Made by a program: the position numbers and the translations under genes. Positions 8,981 through 18,881 of a stretch of DNA of 64,000 nt are shown in pieces. Source of the stretch: Candidatus Hydrogenedentota bacterium (GTDB lineage Bacteria; Hydrogenedentota; Hydrogenedentia; Hydrogenedentales; GCA-2746185); contig JAYGCN010000052.1 in assembly GCA_046583315.1 (NCBI GenBank), positions 42,283-106,282 on the forward strand, written 5' to 3'. Positions within the stretch are counted from its first letter, which is position 1. Each line of letters begins with the position of its first letter. Under the pieces are notes generated by a model that saw nothing but the letters and a program-made list of their open reading frames with translations, was not told where the DNA came from and did not search any database.

Positions 8981-10111
8981 TTAATTCTGGGAGGGAGCCA
9001 ACTCTTTGTCCGCATAATACTGCCTGTCCTGAACAGTGAATCTGGTGCCGTTCACCTCAATGAGAACATGCCCATGTACAATCTCCCGCAGCGCTTGTAC
9101 AGCTTCCGCGACATCCCCTTTCGTTTCCCCGCGTTCTGTCTGATAAATCCGTTGCACGCCTGCGTTGGCGAGGCGTTAGAGGGTTTCGGCGTGGGGGTGG
9201 CCGTGGGTGTTTCCGTCGCCGAGGGAGATGATGGCGACTTCGGGGCGGATGAGCTCGAGGAAGGCGGTGGAGGAGCCGTTGTTGGCGCCGTGGTGATTGA
9301 CGTGGTAGACATCAATATCGATTCCCTCTTCTACAAGGGCTTGGGCGATGGCGAGTTCGACTTTGGCATTTTCACTTCCGGCTTTACGTCCGATTATGTC
9401 GCCACCGATGAGGTAATCGAAGTCGCCGTACGAGATCAGGAAGCAGAGGGACCGCTCGTTTTCGGTGTTCACGAAGCGAATGGGGGAGGCCCGGTCGCGT
9501 ACGAAGCCGTTTGCCGCATACAGTGTCATGGTAGCGCCATCTCCGAGGTCGATAGTGAAATCGTCCACTTCGAGTTGGGTATCCAGCGAGATGCGCGTGC
9601 CCATGGTATCCGCGATGGCCTCGTATTTCTCGTAGGTGCGTGTATCCGGCTCGTCATCCTGGCCGCGGTCGATGAAATGGGTGATAATGATGTCGTCAAC
9701 GTCTCCCTCAACACCGTTTGCGCCGAAAGTGAACGCTGAGCCGTGCACGGCAGGCCGTCCGCTGATGAGTCCTCCGATATGGTCGGCATCATAGTGGGAG
9801 GCGACGAAGTAATCTAAAGTAGACAATCCATATACGGCGAGAACCTCCGCGACAATTGCTCCGCCGTCTTTATCGCCTCCGTTGGGGATGTCGCCCGCGT
9901 CCATTAAGACTGACACGCGTACGCCGTTCTCTTCGGGGCCCAGTATCAGGGTGGAATCGCCCTGCCCAATATCGAGGTGGAGGATGGTCAGTTGGTCGGA
10001 GGAGACGATATCGGAGATGTTTGACGGAACGTAGCCAACAATTTTCGGATAATAGTAATAGCTTGCACCAAGACCGGACAAAATTATCACGAGTAGTATT
10101 AGTTTGCGCAC
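8981..10111 (-). pseudogene. ComEC/Rec2-like metallo-beta-lactamase-fold hydrolase with an in-frame TAA near the C-terminus
   Basis: LDIGQGDS, SHYDADHIGG, NERS, VNHHGA and GHPHAETL motifs. After TAA 9178-9176 the frame continues RLANAGVQRIYQT...GHVLIEVNG to TAA 8983-8981. Confidence 0.75.
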
Positions 10112-10191
10112 TGTTAATCTCTTTGATTGTGACTACGGTTTCCGGAAATAGAATACCTGAAACATCCAGGAAGGTTCCCGAAAAAGAACGG

Positions 10192-10220
10192 TTGAAGTGA
10201 CGCTTGTTGAACAATATAAT
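10192..10220 (+). promoter_or_regulatory. Sigma-70 promoter of the MarR gene with an overlapping palindrome
   Basis: TTGAAG-N17-TATAAT; TTGTTGAACAA palindrome at 10204-10214; ATG only 5 nt after the -10. Confidence 0.55.
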
Positions 10221-10225
10221 AAATA

Positions 10226-10702
10226 ATGTCCAAGAAATCGAAAAAGGATGACGATTCCGAACAGTTAATGTTCGACGCTCCGGATCGTCTGTTGCTCGAC
10301 TCGCTGATTCTCACGCACGACGCTGTAGTGACCGCGTTTCAAGAGTTGTTGCGTGGTTACGATATTTCCTATACCCAGTTCTGCGTACTATCGGTGTTGG
10401 ACGAGGTGCGCGATGAGGGGATGCGCACGCAACGACTGGGCGCTCGCTTGCTGACGCGTGTACCGGACATCACGCGTCTCGTGGATCGTCTGGTGAAGGC
10501 CGGATTCGTTGAGCGGAAACGATCGCACGAGGATAAGCGCGTTGTGTTTGTGGCGATTACACAAACGGGTTCGGAACTACTTAACGAAATCAAAGAACCC
10601 GCCAAAGAGCTACAGTCCGGACTCTTCACCCACCTCTCCCAAAACAAGCAGGCCCAGCTCAACCAACTACTCCACGAACTCCGCGACGGCACGCAGCAGT
10701 AA
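10226..10702 (+). CDS. MarR family transcriptional regulator
   Basis: QFCVLSVL, DITRLVDRLVKAGFVERKRSHEDKRVVFVAITQTG winged-helix motif. Confidence 0.93.
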   Translation: MSKKSKKDDDSEQLMFDAPDRLLLDSLILTHDAVVTAFQELLRGYDISYTQFCVLSVLDEVRDEGMRTQRLGARLLTRVPDITRLVDRLVKAGFVERKRSHEDKRVVFVAITQTGSELLNEIKEPAKELQSGLFTHLSQNKQAQLNQLLHELRDGTQQ

Positions 10703-10891
10703 ACGCGAAGGGCAAGGGTCTCTCACCGCGGAGAGTCTCTCATCTGGTACCTACAGCAATCACGAGTGGTGGCTTTGAATTGTTCGACCGCCTTCTGCGT
10801 GATTTTTATTTTTATCGTTTACCCCGGATTCGTTCGAGGCTATTATTGTTTGACGCATTCCGGGTCGACTGGCAAATTTCATGTTAAAAGT

Positions 10892-10978
10892 CTTTGCTTC
10901 TTTTACCCTTTGCGCCTTTGCGTTGAGGCAATTTGCATTTAGTCCTATCTGCGTGTATCCGTGTTCATCTGCGGCTAA
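10892..10978. repeat. Two adjacent periodic repeat elements (CRCRRAK family)
   Basis: CTTTGCTTCTTTTACCCTTTGCGCCTTTGCGTTGA (10892-10926) and ATCTGCGTGTATCCGTGTTCATCTGCGGCTAA (10947-10978). An opposite-orientation fragment CTCACCGCGGAG lies at 10722-10733. Confidence 0.6.
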
Positions 10979-11013
10979 TTGAGTTGTTGTGGTTCTTGCT
11001 GATAGTTAAAGGA

Positions 11014-11043
11014 TTGACTATTTTGACCACCTTCTGCTATCAT
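11014..11043 (+). promoter_or_regulatory. Sigma-70 promoter of the rib operon
   Basis: TTGACT-N18-TATCAT with extended TGn, about 20 nt upstream of the riboswitch. Confidence 0.55.
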
Positions 11044-11062
11044 TACTCCCACTAGATGAATG

Positions 11063-11189
11063 AATCTTCGGGGCAGGGTGGAAATCCCTACCGGCGGTGA
11101 CAGCCCGCGAGCTTCGCGAACCTTGGTTCTCTTTGCTGACATCTGTGAAATTCAGAGGCCGACGGTTATAGTCCGGATGATAGAAGGTT
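11063..11189 (+). ncRNA. FMN riboswitch (RFN element)
   Basis: Conserved segments CTTCGGGGCAGGGTGGAAATCCCTACCGGCGGT, AGCCCGCGA, GTGAAATTC, CCGACGGTTATAGTCCGGATG...GAAG, upstream of ribD. Confidence 0.95.
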
Positions 11190-11286
11190 CATACCGTGCA
11201 TGGGCGAGCGTTGCCTGTCTGGGGTTGTGATCGCTCGTTGTGTTGGCGCAAAAAATTTGCCGGCAAAACGAGAGTTTCGCCGTATG

Positions 11287-11323
11287 TCCCGAAGGTTTGT
11301 GCCTAAACCAGCGGGATTTTTTT
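11287..11323 (+). terminator. Riboswitch expression-platform hairpin (terminator and/or RBS sequestrator)
   Basis: TCCCG-AA-GGTTT-GTGCCT-AAACC-AG-CGGGA followed by T7, ending immediately before ATG 11324. Confidence 0.65.
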
Positions 11324-12403
11324 ATGCCTACAGAACGCGATTATATGGAACGGGCACTGGCCCTGGCGGCGGTGGCGCGTGGGCGCACGAGTCCGAATCC
11401 GATGGTGGGCTGCGTGGTGGTATCGCATGGCGAGATCATCGGCGAAGGCTATCATGAGAAAGCGGGCGAGCCTCACGCGGAAGTGATGGCTCTGCGCGAT
11501 TGCGGGGATGTTTCCAATGCGACCGTGTATGTGACGCTGGAGCCGTGTTGCCATGAAGGGCGTACGCCACCGTGCGTCGATCTCCTTAAAGAACGTAAAC
11601 CCCAGCGCGTTGTGGTTGCCATGGAAGATCCGAACCCGAAGGTGGCCGGACGAGGCATCGAAGCTTTGCAGGAAATCGGCGTGGATGTGTCCGTCGGCCT
11701 ACTTGAAGAACGAGCGCGCAAACTCAATGAAGTGTACGTGAAACACGTGACGACGGGCATGCCTTTTGTGATCGCGAAATGCGGCATGTCTCTGGATGGA
11801 AAAATTGCCACGCGCACGGGCGATTCAAAATGGGTCACGGGCGAAGAATCGCGCACGATGGTGCATCAGATTCGCAATCAGGTGGACGCGATTCTAGTGG
11901 GCAGTCGCACAGTGATGCTGGACGACCCAAGCCTGACGACGCGCCTGCCTCAAGAGCGGACCTTCGATCCCATTCGTGTCATCCTTGATTCCAGCGAATA
12001 TCTCGGCGATGATCGCAAAGTATTTTCCGTCGAAAGCACATCACCCACGTGGATCGCTGTTGCGGATGAGCGAAAGGTGGTCGGTGCCGATGAAATTATC
12101 AAAATACCCAGAGGTCCGGGCGGTCTGGATATGGAAACGTTGATGCTTGAACTGGCGCGACGCGACGTAACGTCCGTCTTGATAGAAGGCGGCGGCACGA
12201 CGCATGCCTCGGCATTCGAAGCGGGCATCGTGGACAAGGTGATGTTCTTTGTCGCTCCCAAAATTATCGGTGGACGCGAGGCGGTGTCCGCAGTGGACGG
12301 CGTAGGCAGCGAAACGATGTCCGATGCCGTGCCGCTCGAGCAGATGACGGCGACGCCGGTGGGAAATGACATTCTGATACAAGCCTACGTGAGCAAGGGA
12401 TAG
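11324..12403 (+). CDS. ribD: Diaminohydroxyphosphoribosylaminopyrimidine deaminase/reductase
   Basis: TSPNPMVGCV, HAE, TLEPCCH..RTPPC, SLDGKIA, DDPSLTTR, IEGG motifs. Confidence 0.96.
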   Translation: MPTERDYMERALALAAVARGRTSPNPMVGCVVVSHGEIIGEGYHEKAGEPHAEVMALRDCGDVSNATVYVTLEPCCHEGRTPPCVDLLKERKPQRVVVAMEDPNPKVAGRGIEALQEIGVDVSVGLLEERARKLNEVYVKHVTTGMPFVIAKCGMSLDGKIATRTGDSKWVTGEESRTMVHQIRNQVDAILVGSRTVMLDDPSLTTRLPQERTFDPIRVILDSSEYLGDDRKVFSVESTSPTWIAVADERKVVGADEIIKIPRGPGGLDMETLMLELARRDVTSVLIEGGGTTHASAFEAGIVDKVMFFVAPKIIGGREAVSAVDGVGSETMSDAVPLEQMTATPVGNDILIQAYVSKG

Positions 12404-12405
12404 TC

Positions 12406-13038
12406 ATGTTTACAGGAATCATAGAAGAAGTCGGAGCGATAGCAAAACGCGGCGGCGCGGAATTGACCATCATGGCGAATACCGTGTTGGAAGACGTCTC
12501 ACTCGGAGACAGTATCGCCATTGATGGCGCGTGCATGACGGTGGTGAGTTTTAGCGACGATTCGTTTGTGGTCCAGGTGTCGCCGGAATCCTTCGACAAA
12601 ACAACGCTGGGCAATTTGAAAGCCGGAGACGCCGTAAACCTTGAACGCGCTATGGCCCTCGGTGATCGATTCGGGGGACACCTCGTTCAGGGACACGTCG
12701 ACGGTGTGGGCCGTGTGGAAAGCGTGACGAAGCAGGGCGAATTCAGTCTCTGGAAATTCTGGGCACCGCCGGAAGTCGCGCCGTATCTGATTCCGAAGGG
12801 ATCGGTCACGATTGACGGGATCAGCTTGACGGTAGTTGACCCGACGGGCGAAATCTTTGGCGTGGCGGTCATCCCGACGACGTTGCAGGAAACGAAACTA
12901 CAATCCAAGCAGGCTGGCGATACAGTGAACATGGAAGCCGACTCGTTTGGAAAACATATCTATCACTATTTGATGCAAGGTGCAGGTCAATCTGCCGGTA
13001 TTACCCGGGAATATTTGAACAAGCACGGATTCGCGTAA
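12406..13038 (+). CDS. ribE: Riboflavin synthase (alpha chain)
   Basis: MFTGIIEE N-terminus, [26 protein letters not shown]. Confidence 0.96.
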   Translation: MFTGIIEEVGAIAKRGGAELTIMANTVLEDVSLGDSIAIDGACMTVVSFSDDSFVVQVSPESFDKTTLGNLKAGDAVNLERAMALGDRFGGHLVQGHVDGVGRVESVTKQGEFSLWKFWAPPEVAPYLIPKGSVTIDGISLTVVDPTGEIFGVAVIPTTLQETKLQSKQAGDTVNMEADSFGKHIYHYLMQGAGQSAGITREYLNKHGFA

Positions 13039-13071
13039 ATGGAAGCCAGCAGGACTGGCGAGGAGGCATAC

Positions 13072-14304
13072 ATGCCTGAACGAATACCGCAAATTTTGGA
13101 AGACCTCGCGGAAGGCAAGATGATTATTCTTGTGGATGACGAGGATCGTGAAAACGAAGGCGATCTGGTCATCGCTGCGGACAAGGTCACGCCGGAAGCC
13201 ATCAATTTTATGGCGACACACGGGCGTGGATTGATCTGCCTGGCGATGACTCCGGAGCGTATCGAGGAACTCGATCTGCCGCCAATGACGCCGGACAATA
13301 CAAGTCCATTTGAGACGGCGTTTCACGTGTCGATTGAAGCGAAAACCGGTGTGACGACGGGAATCAGTGCCGCCGACCGTGCGCGCACCATCCAAGTCGC
13401 AGTCAATCCCAATTCCACGCCTGCCGATCTCGTTCGTCCCGGTCATGTATTCCCCCTGCGGGCCCGTGAAGGCGGTGTACTTGTGCGTACAGGCCAGACT
13501 GAGGGATCCGTCGATCTCGCTCGCATGGCCGGATGCGCTCCCGCTGGAGTCATCTGTGAAATCATGAGTGAAGACGGTACCATGGCGCGCATGCCGGAAT
13601 TAAAAGAGTTTGCCGCGAAACATGACATCAATATTTGCTCTGTGGAGTCGATCATTCAATATCGGCGTATGGCGGAGCAGATTGTCGAGCGCGCAGCCGA
13701 AACCGTGTTGCCCACCGACTACGGCGATTTCAAGCTGGTCGTATACGAAACCAATGTGGACGAAAAGAATCACCTGGCACTCGTGAAAGGTGATGTCAAA
13801 GGGAAAGACAACGTGATGGTACGGGTGCACTCTGAATGCCTCACCGGCGACGTATTTCATTCGATGCGCTGTGACTGCGGGAGCCAGCTGCACGAAGCGA
13901 TGCGGATGATCGCGGAGGAAGGTTCTGGGGTGCTCGTATACATGCGCCAGGAAGGTCGCGGCATCGGGCTCGTCAACAAAATCAAAGCCTACGTGTTGCA
14001 GGATCAAGGCATGGACACCGAAGAGGCGAACGTGCACCTCGGTTTCGACCCCGATCCTCGCGAGTACGGCCTGGGTGCACAGATTCTGAAAGACCTCGGA
14101 ATCACGACGATGCGTTTAATCACCAACAATCCGGTAAAACGTAAAGGCTTGCAGGGCTACGGGCTTGAGATCACGGATCGGGTTCCTATTGAAATTCCGG
14201 CGAATCCTCATAATCACAAGTATTTGAAGACGAAACAGGAAAAATTTGGGCATCATTTATCTGAATTTGGCGCGGGCGATATTGGTGCCTCAGTAGAAGA
14301 TTAA
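13072..14304 (+). CDS. ribBA: Bifunctional DHBP synthase / GTP cyclohydrolase II
   Basis: [53 protein letters not shown] before ATG 13072. Confidence 0.96.
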   Translation: MPERIPQILEDLAEGKMIILVDDEDRENEGDLVIAADKVTPEAINFMATHGRGLICLAMTPERIEELDLPPMTPDNTSPFETAFHVSIEAKTGVTTGISAADRARTIQVAVNPNSTPADLVRPGHVFPLRAREGGVLVRTGQTEGSVDLARMAGCAPAGVICEIMSEDGTMARMPELKEFAAKHDINICSVESIIQYRRMAEQIVERAAETVLPTDYGDFKLVVYETNVDEKNHLALVKGDVKGKDNVMVRVHSECLTGDVFHSMRCDCGSQLHEAMRMIAEEGSGVLVYMRQEGRGIGLVNKIKAYVLQDQGMDTEEANVHLGFDPDPREYGLGAQILKDLGITTMRLITNNPVKRKGLQGYGLEITDRVPIEIPANPHNHKYLKTKQEKFGHHLSEFGAGDIGASVED

Positions 14305-14323
14305 TAGGGTAGGAGAATTTTTA

Positions 14324-14788
14324 ATGCCAAAAGTTATTGAAGGAAATCTGAACGCGAAGGGCAAACGTTTTGCCATTGTCGTCACGCGATTCAACGAATT
14401 TATTACGGCAAAACTGCTGGACGGCGCGCTGGATGCCATCAAGCGTCATGGCGGTGATGCGGACGGTACTACGGTCGTCTGGGTTCCCGGCGCCGTGGAG
14501 ATTCCGGTTGTGGCGCACAAACTCGCGAAGTCTGATAAGTATGACGTCGTGATCGCGCTGGGTTGCGTGATTCGCGGGGCCACGGCTCACTTTGAGTACG
14601 TATCCGGCGAAGCAGCCAAGGGCATTGGACAGATCGCGTTGCAGACGGGCGTGCCTGTCATGTTCGGCGTGCTGACTACCGAAACGATTGAACAAGCCAT
14701 TGAACGCGCTGGTACAAAAGCTGGCAACAAAGGTTTTGAAGTGGCCGTGGGCGCTATCGAGATGGCGAACCTGATGGAGAAATTGTAA
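14324..14788 (+). CDS. ribH: 6,7-dimethyl-8-ribityllumazine synthase
   Basis: [39 protein letters not shown]. Confidence 0.97.
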   Translation: MPKVIEGNLNAKGKRFAIVVTRFNEFITAKLLDGALDAIKRHGGDADGTTVVWVPGAVEIPVVAHKLAKSDKYDVVIALGCVIRGATAHFEYVSGEAAKGIGQIALQTGVPVMFGVLTTETIEQAIERAGTKAGNKGFEVAVGAIEMANLMEKL

Positions 14789-14789
14789 C

Positions 14790-15218
14790 TTGAGCGGTAG
14801 TCCACAACAACGAAGAAAAGCCCGGCGTCGCGCGCTGGAATTTTTGTTCAGCATCGAATTCACGCAATACGAATGGGAAGCCGCGCTTGAGGCATTCTGG
14901 GAAACCTTCGACACCAAACAGGTCGTGCGTGAATACGCGAAAACCCTGATTAAGGGAATCTCGAATCACACGGAAGACATTGATGCCCACATCGACAGCG
15001 CGCTCACCAACTGGTCACCCGATCGCGTCGGTCATGTCGAGCGCAACATCCTTCGCGTGGCCGTATTCGAAATCGCGTATACCGATGACGTTCCCCAAAA
15101 AGTCGCCATCAACGAAGCCATCGAAATCGCAAAGGCCTACGGCTCCGACGAGTCCGCGGGTTTCGTGAACGCCGTACTCGACAAATTGAAGAGCACCGTC
15201 TTCGCGGATATCGAATAG
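14790..15218 (+). CDS. nusB: Transcription antitermination factor NusB
   Basis: RRKARRRAL, VERNILR, VAINEAIEIAKAYG, FVNAVLD; typical position after ribH. Confidence 0.95.
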   Translation: MSGSPQQRRKARRRALEFLFSIEFTQYEWEAALEAFWETFDTKQVVREYAKTLIKGISNHTEDIDAHIDSALTNWSPDRVGHVERNILRVAVFEIAYTDDVPQKVAINEAIEIAKAYGSDESAGFVNAVLDKLKSTVFADIE

Positions 15219-15225
15219 GTTTCCC

Positions 15226-16050
15226 ATGTCAGGACGTTACGTCGATCTCCACATGCACACGACCTTTTCTGACGGGGCCGACATCCCTTCAGTCGTCGTT
15301 GAGCGTGCCAGCAGCCTGGGCTTCAGTGCCATCGCGATTACCGATCACGATACCCTCACCGGATTGCCGGATGCACGGGTAGCCGCCGACGACGCGGGAA
15401 TTGAGCTTCTGCCCGGGGTAGAAGTGAGTTCGCGATACGGCAAGATGGAAGTGCACATCCTTGGCCTCGGCGTGGACCCGACCGATGCCGAACTCACCGA
15501 GTCGCTCGCCGTGATGGCCAAAGAACGTGCGCACCGCGCCGAAGCGATCGTCGAGAAACTGAATGCCCTTGATGTTCCCGTCGATTATGAATCAATCCGC
15601 ACACGCGTGGGCAAAGGCGTCATCGGGCGCATGCATATCGCGCAAGATATCGTGTCCCTCGGACATGCCGATACGATCCAGGGCGCCTTCGATAAATACA
15701 TCAAAGCTGGACGCCCAGCCTACGTACCGAAAAAGGCGATGACCTGCGAAGATGCCGTCGAATCCATCCACAAAGCAGGAGGACTCGCCTTCGTCGCGCA
15801 TCCCTGCATCGGAAAAACACGCTCGATCCTAGACCAGTTACTGCGACTCCCCTTCGACGGCATCGAAGTCTTCCACTCCCGCCACACACCAGGACACATC
15901 GCCGACCTGAAGGCACTCGCAGAAGATCGCGGCCTGTTAATCAGCGGAGGCTCCGATTGCCACGGCTCCATAAAAGGCGACTCGCCACTCATGGGGAAAA
16001 TTCGACTCGCGTGGGAACACTACGAGGCAATCCAGGGACGTCTGACTTAA
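15226..16050 (+). CDS. PHP domain phosphoesterase (TrpH/YciV-like)
   Basis: DLHMHTTFSDG, AITDHD, GVEVS, AHP, GGSDCHG. Confidence 0.92.
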   Translation: MSGRYVDLHMHTTFSDGADIPSVVVERASSLGFSAIAITDHDTLTGLPDARVAADDAGIELLPGVEVSSRYGKMEVHILGLGVDPTDAELTESLAVMAKERAHRAEAIVEKLNALDVPVDYESIRTRVGKGVIGRMHIAQDIVSLGHADTIQGAFDKYIKAGRPAYVPKKAMTCEDAVESIHKAGGLAFVAHPCIGKTRSILDQLLRLPFDGIEVFHSRHTPGHIADLKALAEDRGLLISGGSDCHGSIKGDSPLMGKIRLAWEHYEAIQGRLT

Positions 16051-16061
16051 CGAACCATTTG

Positions 16062-16587
16062 CACCGCGGAGGACTTCTACTCCAATAGGTCATCATCCAG
16101 GTACAGCGCACACTTGTTTAATGCTTCTTCGACCTCGGGACACTTTGCGCAATCGATGGTCAGCAATACGTAGTCCACGAAGCTTAAGTCATCAAAGGTT
16201 GCACAGTTGACGAAGTAGAACGCGACATCTTTTGGCTACTCAACTTTATGCCAAGTGGTCATTACGAGTGGGTAATTCTCGTGAAGATCGCCGTTCTTGT
16301 CGATGTTGCTTCCAATATTTTTCTCGTCCGTCATATCATGCCAAAGTTCACAATTCGAGCCGCCGCATACGACCGAGCGACACCCCTTTCGTAAGATCTC
16401 GCCGACAATGTAGTCAATTTGCTCGACAGAAAAGTTGCTGTCACAATCCTAGATCATGCACGCGAACGGATTGCCGACATCGAGCAGAGCAATGTCATCG
16501 GGATGAGAAACGTATTGGTGCCAATAGCGCCGTCCCTCATTTTCTACAATAATTTTCATATTTAATTCTCCGCGCCTCCGCGGTGAA
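16062..16587. mobile_element. Putative repeat-bounded cargo cassette 1
   Basis: CACCGCGGAGG (16062-16072) and inverted TTCTCCGCGCCTCCGCGGTGAA (16566-16587) bracket an AT-richer decayed gene between convergent host genes. Mobility is inferred. Confidence 0.5.
16077..16559 (-). pseudogene. Uncharacterised ~160-aa protein with two in-frame TAG stops (absent from the ORF track)
   Basis: MKIIVENEGRRYWHQY...FACMI*DCD...GCRSVVCGGSNCELWHDMTDE...VMTTWHKVE*PKDVAFYF...LLE*. Stops at 16451-16449 and 16238-16236; GGAG SD upstream. Confidence 0.7.
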
Positions 16588-16595
16588 ATGCGGTT

Positions 16596-17957
16596 CTACT
16601 TCAGCTCGTTAAACTTGTCTTCGATTAGTTTGCGAATTTCCTTGAGGCGTTCCTTCGTTTCTGCTTCACACCGCATGACGATCATGGGGGAGGTGTTGGA
16701 TACGCGGAGCAGGCCCCAGCCGTCGGGGAACTCAATGCGTGCGCCGTCGATCGTGTTGACGTCGTAACCTTCTTTCAGGAAAAACGCCGTTGCTTTCTCC
16801 ACGATCTTGAATTTCTTTTTGTCCGTTGTTTCCAGTCGAATTTCGTCCGTAACGAAGGTTTTCGGCAGGGACTCGAGGTGTTTATGGAAGGGTCTGTGGC
16901 TGGCTGCGATGATTTCCATGAGGCGTGCCGCCGCGTAGATGGCGCAATCGAAGCCGTACCAGCGGTGTTTGAAGAAAATATGGCCGCTCATTTCGCCGCC
17001 GATGGCCGCGTTGTTCTTGACCATACAATCTTTGATGAGCGAGTGGCCCGCTTTATACATGATTGGGTTGCCGCCATTTTTTGCGATATCCTCGTACATC
17101 GTGCGCGAACACTTTACTTCGCCGACCACGGTCGCGCCTTTCACTTCTTTCAAAATCTGCCGCGCAAACAAAAGCAGTAGCATATCGCCTGCGATAAAAT
17201 TTCCTTTGTCGTCCACCGCACCGATTCGATCGGCATCGCCATCAAAACCGATGCCCAAGTCAGCCTTCTCTTCCTTGACCGTACTCACGAGCTTCTTGAG
17301 GGTCTTCGGTAGCGTGGGATCGGGATGATGATTCGGAAAGTTGCCGTCCACCTTGCAATACAGCTCAACCACGTCGCAGCCCATCGCGCGAAACAGATCA
17401 ACTCCGACTTTTCCACCAACGCCGTTACCCGCATCCACTACAACCTTCAGCTTCCGCTTCAGTTTAATGCCCCGAAGAATTTTCTGTTGGTACTTCGGAA
17501 TAATGTTCATACGCGTAATCGTAACCGGTTTTTTGGCGACAGGAAATGCTCCTTTTTGAATGATCGCCTTAATCTTTTGAATTTCTTTACCGTGAATGGT
17601 GGATTTGCCCACGCCCAGTTTCAATCCGTTGTATTCCTTCGGATTGTGCGAGCCCGTAATCATCACTCCGCCGTCCACAGGTAGATGAAACAGGCCGAAA
17701 TAGGTGACGCCCGTGCTGACTTCGCCAATATCGATGACGTTCATGCCCACAGAGGTCAGACCGTCGATGAGCGCGTTGGCGAATCCCTTCGACGTAAGCC
17801 GTCCATCCCGTCCGACCACCATACAATTGTGTTTTTTCTTGCGGCGCATATAAACGGCAAGGGCTTTTCCGACCAATTCGACGATTTCTTCCGTCAATTC
17901 GTCGCCGGCAATGCCGCGGATGTCGTATTCTCTAAAAATGTTGTCTGGCAACTGCAT
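16596..17957 (-). CDS. Phosphomannomutase/phosphoglucomutase (AlgC-like)
   Basis: FREYDIRG, TGSHNP, FDGDADR, GEMSGH, RVSNTSP. Confidence 0.95.
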   Translation of the reverse strand: MQLPDNIFREYDIRGIAGDELTEEIVELVGKALAVYMRRKKKHNCMVVGRDGRLTSKGFANALIDGLTSVGMNVIDIGEVSTGVTYFGLFHLPVDGGVMITGSHNPKEYNGLKLGVGKSTIHGKEIQKIKAIIQKGAFPVAKKPVTITRMNIIPKYQQKILRGIKLKRKLKVVVDAGNGVGGKVGVDLFRAMGCDVVELYCKVDGNFPNHHPDPTLPKTLKKLVSTVKEEKADLGIGFDGDADRIGAVDDKGNFIAGDMLLLLFARQILKEVKGATVVGEVKCSRTMYEDIAKNGGNPIMYKAGHSLIKDCMVKNNAAIGGEMSGHIFFKHRWYGFDCAIYAAARLMEIIAASHRPFHKHLESLPKTFVTDEIRLETTDKKKFKIVEKATAFFLKEGYDVNTIDGARIEFPDGWGLLRVSNTSPMIVMRCEAETKERLKEIRKLIEDKFNELK

Positions 17958-18137
17958 GGTGTTCTCCCCAAAAGGCTAATCAGGTGCGTATTGTAATGAT
18001 TCAGAGTTGGAAAACCAAGAGATGGAAGGGCCGAGTGGGTCGTCAAGCCAGAGAACTGCGCATGAACAGACTTGACAGTGTACATGGAACCCGTCCATCA
18101 GTATACTCGAATCGTTCATGAATGAAGGAAGCATACC

Positions 18138-18866
18138 ATGCCCATTACCGATACCGTGTGGAAATCAGAAGAAGTCGCATCCAAATATCTGCAAGGCGTG
18201 CGCGGCGCGATTCCGGGAGCCTTGTTGCAGCTCGAGGTCATGATGCGTTTGCTGGGCACGGGTGAACACACGATAGATAGCTTCCTTGATCTCGGATGCG
18301 GTGACGGTATTCTGGGACAAACAATCCTCGCTGAGCATCCCGAGGCGCAGGGTGTGTTCGTCGATTTTTCCGAACCCATGATCGATGCGGCCCTCAAACG
18401 ATTGGGAACTGACTCGAAGCATGCGTTTCATGCGATCGATTATGGGCAAGCAGGTTGGATCGATTCCCTTTCAGCCCCTTTCGACTGTATCGTGTCCGGA
18501 TTTTCGATACATCACCAGCCGGACGAACGAAAGAAGGAAATCTACCAGGAACTTTTCGATGCGCTCGCGCCTGGAGGCTGGTTTATCAATATGGAACACG
18601 TTTTGTCCGCTACGAAAACAGGTGAGACGGCGTTTCTGCAGCATCTCGTTGACAATATGTTCGCACTGGAGAAAGAATCCGGTGGTACGCGGTCGCGCGC
18701 GGAAATTCTTCATGCGATGGAAAACAACGAAGACAGCCAAGCGAATATTTTGGCAAGAGTTGATGTGCAATGCGAATGGTTGTCGGCGATCGGTTTTCAG
18801 GAAGTCGATTGCTATTTCAAAATCTATGAGTTGGCCATTTTCGGGGGCGTTAAGCCTACCCAATAG
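18138..18866 (+). CDS. Class I SAM-dependent methyltransferase
   Basis: LDLGCGDG motif I, VDFSEPM, SGFSIHH, LAPGG. Confidence 0.9.
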   Translation: MPITDTVWKSEEVASKYLQGVRGAIPGALLQLEVMMRLLGTGEHTIDSFLDLGCGDGILGQTILAEHPEAQGVFVDFSEPMIDAALKRLGTDSKHAFHAIDYGQAGWIDSLSAPFDCIVSGFSIHHQPDERKKEIYQELFDALAPGGWFINMEHVLSATKTGETAFLQHLVDNMFALEKESGGTRSRAEILHAMENNEDSQANILARVDVQCEWLSAIGFQEVDCYFKIYELAIFGGVKPTQ

Positions 18867-18881
18867 GGGAACGAATTCAGT

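Noticed and set aside
8942..9739. 265-aa plus-strand ORF
   Set aside because: Antisense shadow of the ComEC-like gene with no recognisable motifs.
16232..16552. 106-aa plus-strand ORF in the track
   Set aside because: Implausible R/S/C-rich composition; the minus-strand interrupted frame with an SD explains the region better.
7643..16559. Genome-wide stop-codon reassignment (TAA or TAG read as sense) to explain the in-frame stops
   Set aside because: Conserved genes end at their expected C-termini with TAA (rpsI, ribH) and TAG (rplM, ribD). The interruptions are confined to accessory genes.
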